A stretch of 64,000 nucleotides of DNA from Neocallimastix sp. 'constans' (lineage: Eukaryota): contig JBODTK010000126.1 of NCBI GenBank assembly GCA_050613775.1, positions 124,001 to 188,000 on the forward strand, given 5' to 3'. A program made the translations under genes and the position numbers. Positions within the stretch are counted from its first letter, which is position 1. Each line of letters opens with the position of its first letter. The notes under the pieces were generated by a model. It worked only from the letters and a program-made list of their open reading frames with translations, had not been told where the DNA came from and did no database searches. Below are positions 58,151-64,000 of the stretch, in pieces.

Positions 58151-60146
58151 ATGTTAAAACTTTTTTACATAACAGCATTATTATTATTTATCGAAGCAAC
58201 AAATGCTAGAGATGTAATTTTCAAATGTTTAGGTTTTGGCTCAAAAATGCAAGTTTCTGTCAATGGTCAAACCTATAATCTTGTAAATAAAAACCCTGAC
58301 CAACCAATGTTTAAGGGTAAATTATTAAATGTAGCTGAAACCGCTATTGAGTAAGTTACCATTAATATTGTTTAAAAAAAATAATATATATAAAAAAAAA
58401 ATAAATAAATAAAATAACATCAAAGAATTATTTAAAATATGTATTATTATGTGTAAAGTTATTTCTTATTATTCATAATTTTATACTTATTTTTAAATAA
58501 TATTAATATTAATAAAATTCTATTGTATAATAAAAGATATTTCTATATTATGGATGGTAACGCAGAATCATTTACTAGAACTCTTGAACCAAATGTTAGT
58601 AAGACATATAATGATTTCTTTGGTCGTCAATACACTATTAAACAATTAGAACAATTCAATAAATTAAGTACTCAATGGACTAGAAGTATTGGTGATACTT
58701 CTTTATTTGATGATTCTTATATTCCAACTATTCACGTAACTGGTTCAAAGGCTAAGGAATTCTTTAAAAAACCAACAACTGGTAAAGGTTTCTTAGAACA
58801 AATTACTTTCTATTTAAAGGATGAAACTTATATTGTTAAGGTAAATATTATTTAAATAAATAAATAAATTATTATATATATATATTTTATTATTACGTAA
58901 AAAGTATAATATATTGAAAGAGAAATAAAAAATAAAAAACAAAATAAGACTAAAAATCAAAAAAAAAAAAACTAATATATAAATTATATATAAATGAACC
59001 CATTTATTTATATTTATAAATACAATAAAATAGAATGTTGATGCTACAGCTAAGAATTATGAATTCGATAGATTCCAATTTAGAGTTGACTTCGGTAAAA
59101 ATGCAATTCATGGTCGTTCATTATTCAAGTTCAGAGGTGCTGGTGAAGATCCAACTCAACTTAGACAAGATATATATGAAAATATGATGGTTGCAGTAGG
59201 TGTTCCAGCTATTCGTTCTGTCAAAGTTCGTGTTTACATTAATAAAAAGCCAGCTGGTTTCTATACTTTACAAGAAGAAGCCAATAGTAGATCTTTCATT
59301 AGAGCTGAATTCTATGGTGATCCACAAACTGAAACTATTCATGCTCCTGAAAAATTAGGTTATCCATTAGATGGTACTTCTGGTGCTGATCTTGAATACA
59401 ATCCAAATAATCTTGATAACTTTGGTAATTTTGTTCCATTATATGGTGAAGATAACGGTAGAGTTATTGAATTAGGTAAGGCTTTAAGTGAACTTGATCC
59501 AAATGATGCTGCTGCTGTTGAACAATTTGATAAGGAATGGTTTGATATCACTACCTTCCATAAGTCAATGTGCTTAGAATATCTTACTGGTGATTGGGAT
59601 GGTTACTGGTTCTTCACTGGTAATTTCGCTATGTATGATGATCCAAATGAATCTTCTGATGGTAAATATAAATTCTATTTCATTTCACAAGATCATGATG
59701 AAACTTTCGGTGTTGGTTTAATGCCACCACATAATAATGTTGAATATGAATTTACTAAACAATCTTACAAGGAATTAGCAGGAAGAACATTCACCAAGGA
59801 AAAGAATGGTGCTGAACACAGAACTTTAGTTGAAAAGTTAATTACTGGTTCTCCAGCTTTACAACAAAGATTTGAAAATACTTTAATTGAAATTGTTCAA
59901 AAGGTATTTAACCCAAGAGAATTTAATAGAAGATTAAACTCTATGATTGAAAGATATAATGATGAAATTTTCTGGGATTACTCCTTCGAAAAACCATACA
60001 AATGTAAAAAGCCATTAACCAACTTTAACTATGATAGTTTCAAGGCTAATTTACAAGGTCAATTAGAAGGTATTTTATGGGGTTTACCACAATTCGTTGA
60101 AGAACGTGCTAATGCTGTTGCAGCTGAATTTGGTTTCACTCTATAA
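58151..60146 (+). CDS. Secreted CotH-family kinase (spore coat protein H-like). Exons 58151-58350, 58537-58840, 59034-60146
   Basis: Signal peptide [19 protein letters not shown]. Segments include [15 protein letters not shown]...[36 protein letters not shown]...N and QDHDETFG. Two GT-AG introns join in frame. Confidence 0.88.
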
Positions 60147-60886
60147 GTTTTAAATTGAAATGAACAATTCAACAATTAATGAATAATAATAAAAAAAAAA
60201 TAATAAAAAAAAGAAAAAGGAAAAAAAAAAGTTTATTTTTATTTTATTTTTTTCTTTTTCTTTAAATATATTATTGTTAATTTTTTTTTTATTAATTTTG
60301 TTGTTTCATTATTAAAAAAGAAATAACATAAATATAAAAAAAAAGGTCTGAAATAAGATTTAGAAAAAAGAAATTTGATGATTTCTTTTCTTTTTTTTTT
60401 TTTTTTAATAAAATTTTTTACCATAATCATATTTATTATTAATAAAAATAAATATTTTTAATTTTTTTTTTAATTTTTTTTCATTAATTAATAATCTTTA
60501 TAATTTTTTTTAATATTATCTAAATACAGTTTTTCTTTTTTTCAAAATTATATATATATTTTTAAAATATTTCTTTATCTATTTTTTTTTTTTTTTTCAT
60601 TATTTTATTTAATTTTATTTTTAAAAATTTATTTTATTTTTATTATTAATATAAATTTAACTATCAAAAATATAACATAACAAATCAAAAACTAAAAAAA
60701 AAAAAAAAAAAAAAATTATAATAAATATTTGTATATACATAGTAGTTTTTATTTTATGTAATATAATTTAATAAAAACCTTTTTTTTTTTTTTTTTTTTA
60801 AATAAAAAAAAAAAAAATAATAATAAATAAGTAAAAGTAAAATAAAAATATAAAAATAAAAATAAAAATAAAAATAAAAAAAAAGT

Positions 60887-60926
<40 letters not shown>

Positions 60927-61089
60927 AAAGAAAAATAAAGATATATATATATATATATATATAAAACAAAAATATATATGAAAATAAAAAAATTTAATAT
61001 ATAAAATATATAAAAATAAAAATATAAATTAAAAAAAAAAAAAAAAAATTATTAAAATTAGTATGAATTATTATATAAAAATATATAAT

Positions 61090-61827
61090 TGATTTGGTTA
61101 TTCATGATAAACTTTTTAAAATCCTTTATAATTAAATTAATTTTATATAAAATTTTTTTTCACGTTTTCTGTAAAGAATTGGAAAATTACAGAAATAAAT
61201 CTTTACCTTTTCTAGATGATCTCTTTTTGAAGTTTGCAATGATAATTGAACAGAAATCCTTGAATGTTTCTTTAGATTCAGAAAAGGATTATGATAATAA
61301 TATTTATTATTATATATTGAGTGCTCTTTTTGGTAGGCGTTCGATATATTCAAAAATTAAAGTTAATGATGGGGAACAAAGACAATTAGTTGACAATATT
61401 TTTAAACAAAGTTCAAGTTCGTCAACTGTTCCGTATTTTGTGGGGATTGCGGAGTTTTTAACAAACGTAATACCATTAATTTGTCGATCTTTTTAGTTTG
61501 ATGATGAAATGGTATTCTGTTGAATCTACCGTTACCAAGAGCGTCGACGTCGAAATGATAAGGCATGGATTTTCACCTCCAGATACAGATTCGATTGATA
61601 ACACTAACACTGAAATTATTATTCGCAATAATGGATGTAGTGTTATTATCGAGGAATGGGAAAAGTTAGAGACTATTGCTTCTAACGCACTTTTATAATT
61701 TTATAATATTTTATTTCATGTATTTTATTTGTTATTTTTTTTTTCATTTAATTCATGTAATTTTATTATTATAAATTAAATAAATTTATTCTCTTAGTCT
61801 AAAAAAAAAAAAAAAAAAAAAAAAAAA
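61090..61827 (+). mobile_element. 5'-truncated 3' fragment of LINE family C with poly(A) tail
   Basis: Peptides FLDDL, GEQRQL, VPYFVGIAEFLTNVIP and KSVDVEMIRH are homologous to the family A C-terminus. It ends aataaatttattctcttagtct followed by 27 A (61801-61827). The 5' boundary is approximate. Confidence 0.88.
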
Positions 61828-63629
61828 GCATATTGTACAATCTTATATAATCAGCATAGCTCTTTATTATGTCAATTTCACTTGGTTCGAGTAAAAATAA
61901 AATATAAAATATAGAAGTATTTAATCTTTAATTAATACTGGTATGCTATAATATATTAGCTTATCTCATAATATGAGAAAAGAAATCAATTAGTTAAAGA
62001 ATATTTTATCTTAAAAAGTGGTATATTAAGAGAAATTCTTGGTACTTAACATTCTTTCATGAAACCTTCATATTTTTCTATTTTTTCTTGTTTCTGTACA
62101 CTAATAAAAACTAAGTGTTTCCGTAAATGAATAAAAATTTAATTGAATTATAAAAGAATCAAATTAAATATATTCCAATTATGCCTATATATTAACAATC
62201 TTTATATATATATAAAGAGAAATCATAAAAATTAGAAAAGGAAAATTTTATATACATATAAAACTTTGTGATGTTATAGAAGTATATTTATTTAATATTA
62301 CAATAAAAAAAAAGATAAAAAAAAGATATTATAGGTACTAATTAAGATAATTAAAATAAATCAATGTTCATTCCCTTAAGGAAATTCATTCAATCTTAGT
62401 GACGTGATTAAATTCAGTTTATAATTTAATTATATTATACATTTAATCTTGATTTATTAATATAACTATTGCTATAATACTTTTATCAAAAGTAATAGAA
62501 TTTTTATATAGAAAACTTTATTAATATATTACAATAATATCAATATGAAGTATAGTATTAAAACGATAGTTTAATACTTTTTGAACAATGAGTATTTGAT
62601 AATATGAATTATATTATATATATAGGAGGTTTTATACAATATATTAGTCAAATATGATTATATTATGTAAAACATGTGTATTTTGTCTATTTTTATATCA
62701 TATATATCAATTAATAATAAAACCCTTATGACTATTAAAAGCTACAAGTGGAACAATATGTGAGTAACTTTCAAAAGTGTAGTCGAGGGTTATCATACGA
62801 ATGAGATTTATAGGATTCAGAAAGTTGTCTGGTTCTACTTGAACAATGAGTATTAAGTATTTTAATATTATATTATATTTTATTCTATTTAAATTAAATT
62901 TTTATTATTATTTTTTCACTATAGTTCTGTAACATTTAAATAAATTATATATTTACAATATAAAATGAAATTTATTAATATCTAAAATTTAATTTGATAC
63001 ATAATAAAATAAAGTGATCAAAATGTATTCTTTTTATATTCAATAAAAAAAAATAAAATGGAAAAAAAAAGAAAAGAAAAGAAAGAATCAGCATTACAAG
63101 AATAAGATATAAAGAAGAATTCTTATTACTAAAATTAACATAGAATTTTTAGAAATTTAATTTTCTGATATTACTTTTCTTGATTCAAAGGAGAATTTAG
63201 TGGGTGGACACACTTTTTGTGATTTATTATTTTATTTTTTATTTTTATTTTTTTTTTTAATTATCTATAATTAGAAAATTTTTAATTATTAATAATGGAT
63301 CACATAAATTTTATTTTATTTTATTTTTTTTTTAAATTATTTATTTATTTAATTTCTTTTCTTATATAAAATATGTAATATTTACATATATTTATAAGAT
63401 TAAATGGAATTTATTAATTTATAATATTATTAATTAATCATAAATTATGCATGTGGTGACACAATATTAATTTATTAATTAATATATATAAAAATATGAA
63501 ATAAAAATATTTATATATAATAAATTATATTAACTTTTTTTTTTTTTTTTTTTTTTACAATATAGAACATATTACAATTAATTGATAATTTAAGAAGCTA
63601 ACCGCAACCCAAATTGAAATAAAAAAAAA

Positions 63630-63668
<39 letters not shown>

Positions 63669-64000
63669 TTTAATTATATATAATAATTACATATAAAAAA
63701 AATTGAAAAAGTTGAATGTTGTAATAAATTGTATATTTTTATTAAATATATTATAATTATTTCTTTTAAATTCATACGAACAAAATTATAGATAAATATA
63801 AATATAAATAAATATAAATATATATAAATAAATATAAATCAAAATATATATATATATCCATATTTTTATTTAAGTCTTTCAAACTATTTTATTTATAATT
63901 ATTTTTACTATTCTTCTTAGCAAAATTTGATAATTTCTATTAAAAACTTTTTTTTAACTTAAATATAAAAAATATATATAAGAAAATGATATTTATATCA

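Overview
Extremely AT-rich, intron-containing eukaryotic DNA. The base composition, homopolymer-rich GT-AG introns, a secreted CotH kinase and a Sel1-repeat gene suggest an anaerobic gut fungus (Neocallimastigomycota); this is an inference. Four host genes are supported: an intronless tetraspanin-like gene (minus strand), a 6-exon SAGA subunit Ada1/Hfi1, a 10-exon Sel1-repeat protein and a 3-exon secreted CotH kinase. The rest is gene-poor AT desert, simple repeats and retroelements. The retroelements are: a full-length, TSD-flanked, single-ORF APE-RT-CCHC LINE (44463-49418) with one nonsense codon; an adjacent truncated sister copy; a nested LINE-in-LINE cluster at 1-1799; several relics of related LINE families; and two related ~1.2 kb non-coding LTR (TRIM-like) elements whose PBS position holds a non-tRNA hairpin. 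The most notable observations are a canonical box C/D-type kink-turn hairpin with pseudoknot potential at the exact 5' end of the full-length LINE, a CpG-rich nucleotide motif conserved across divergent LINE families, and a tetraspanin with a very large EC2 loop carrying KR sites.
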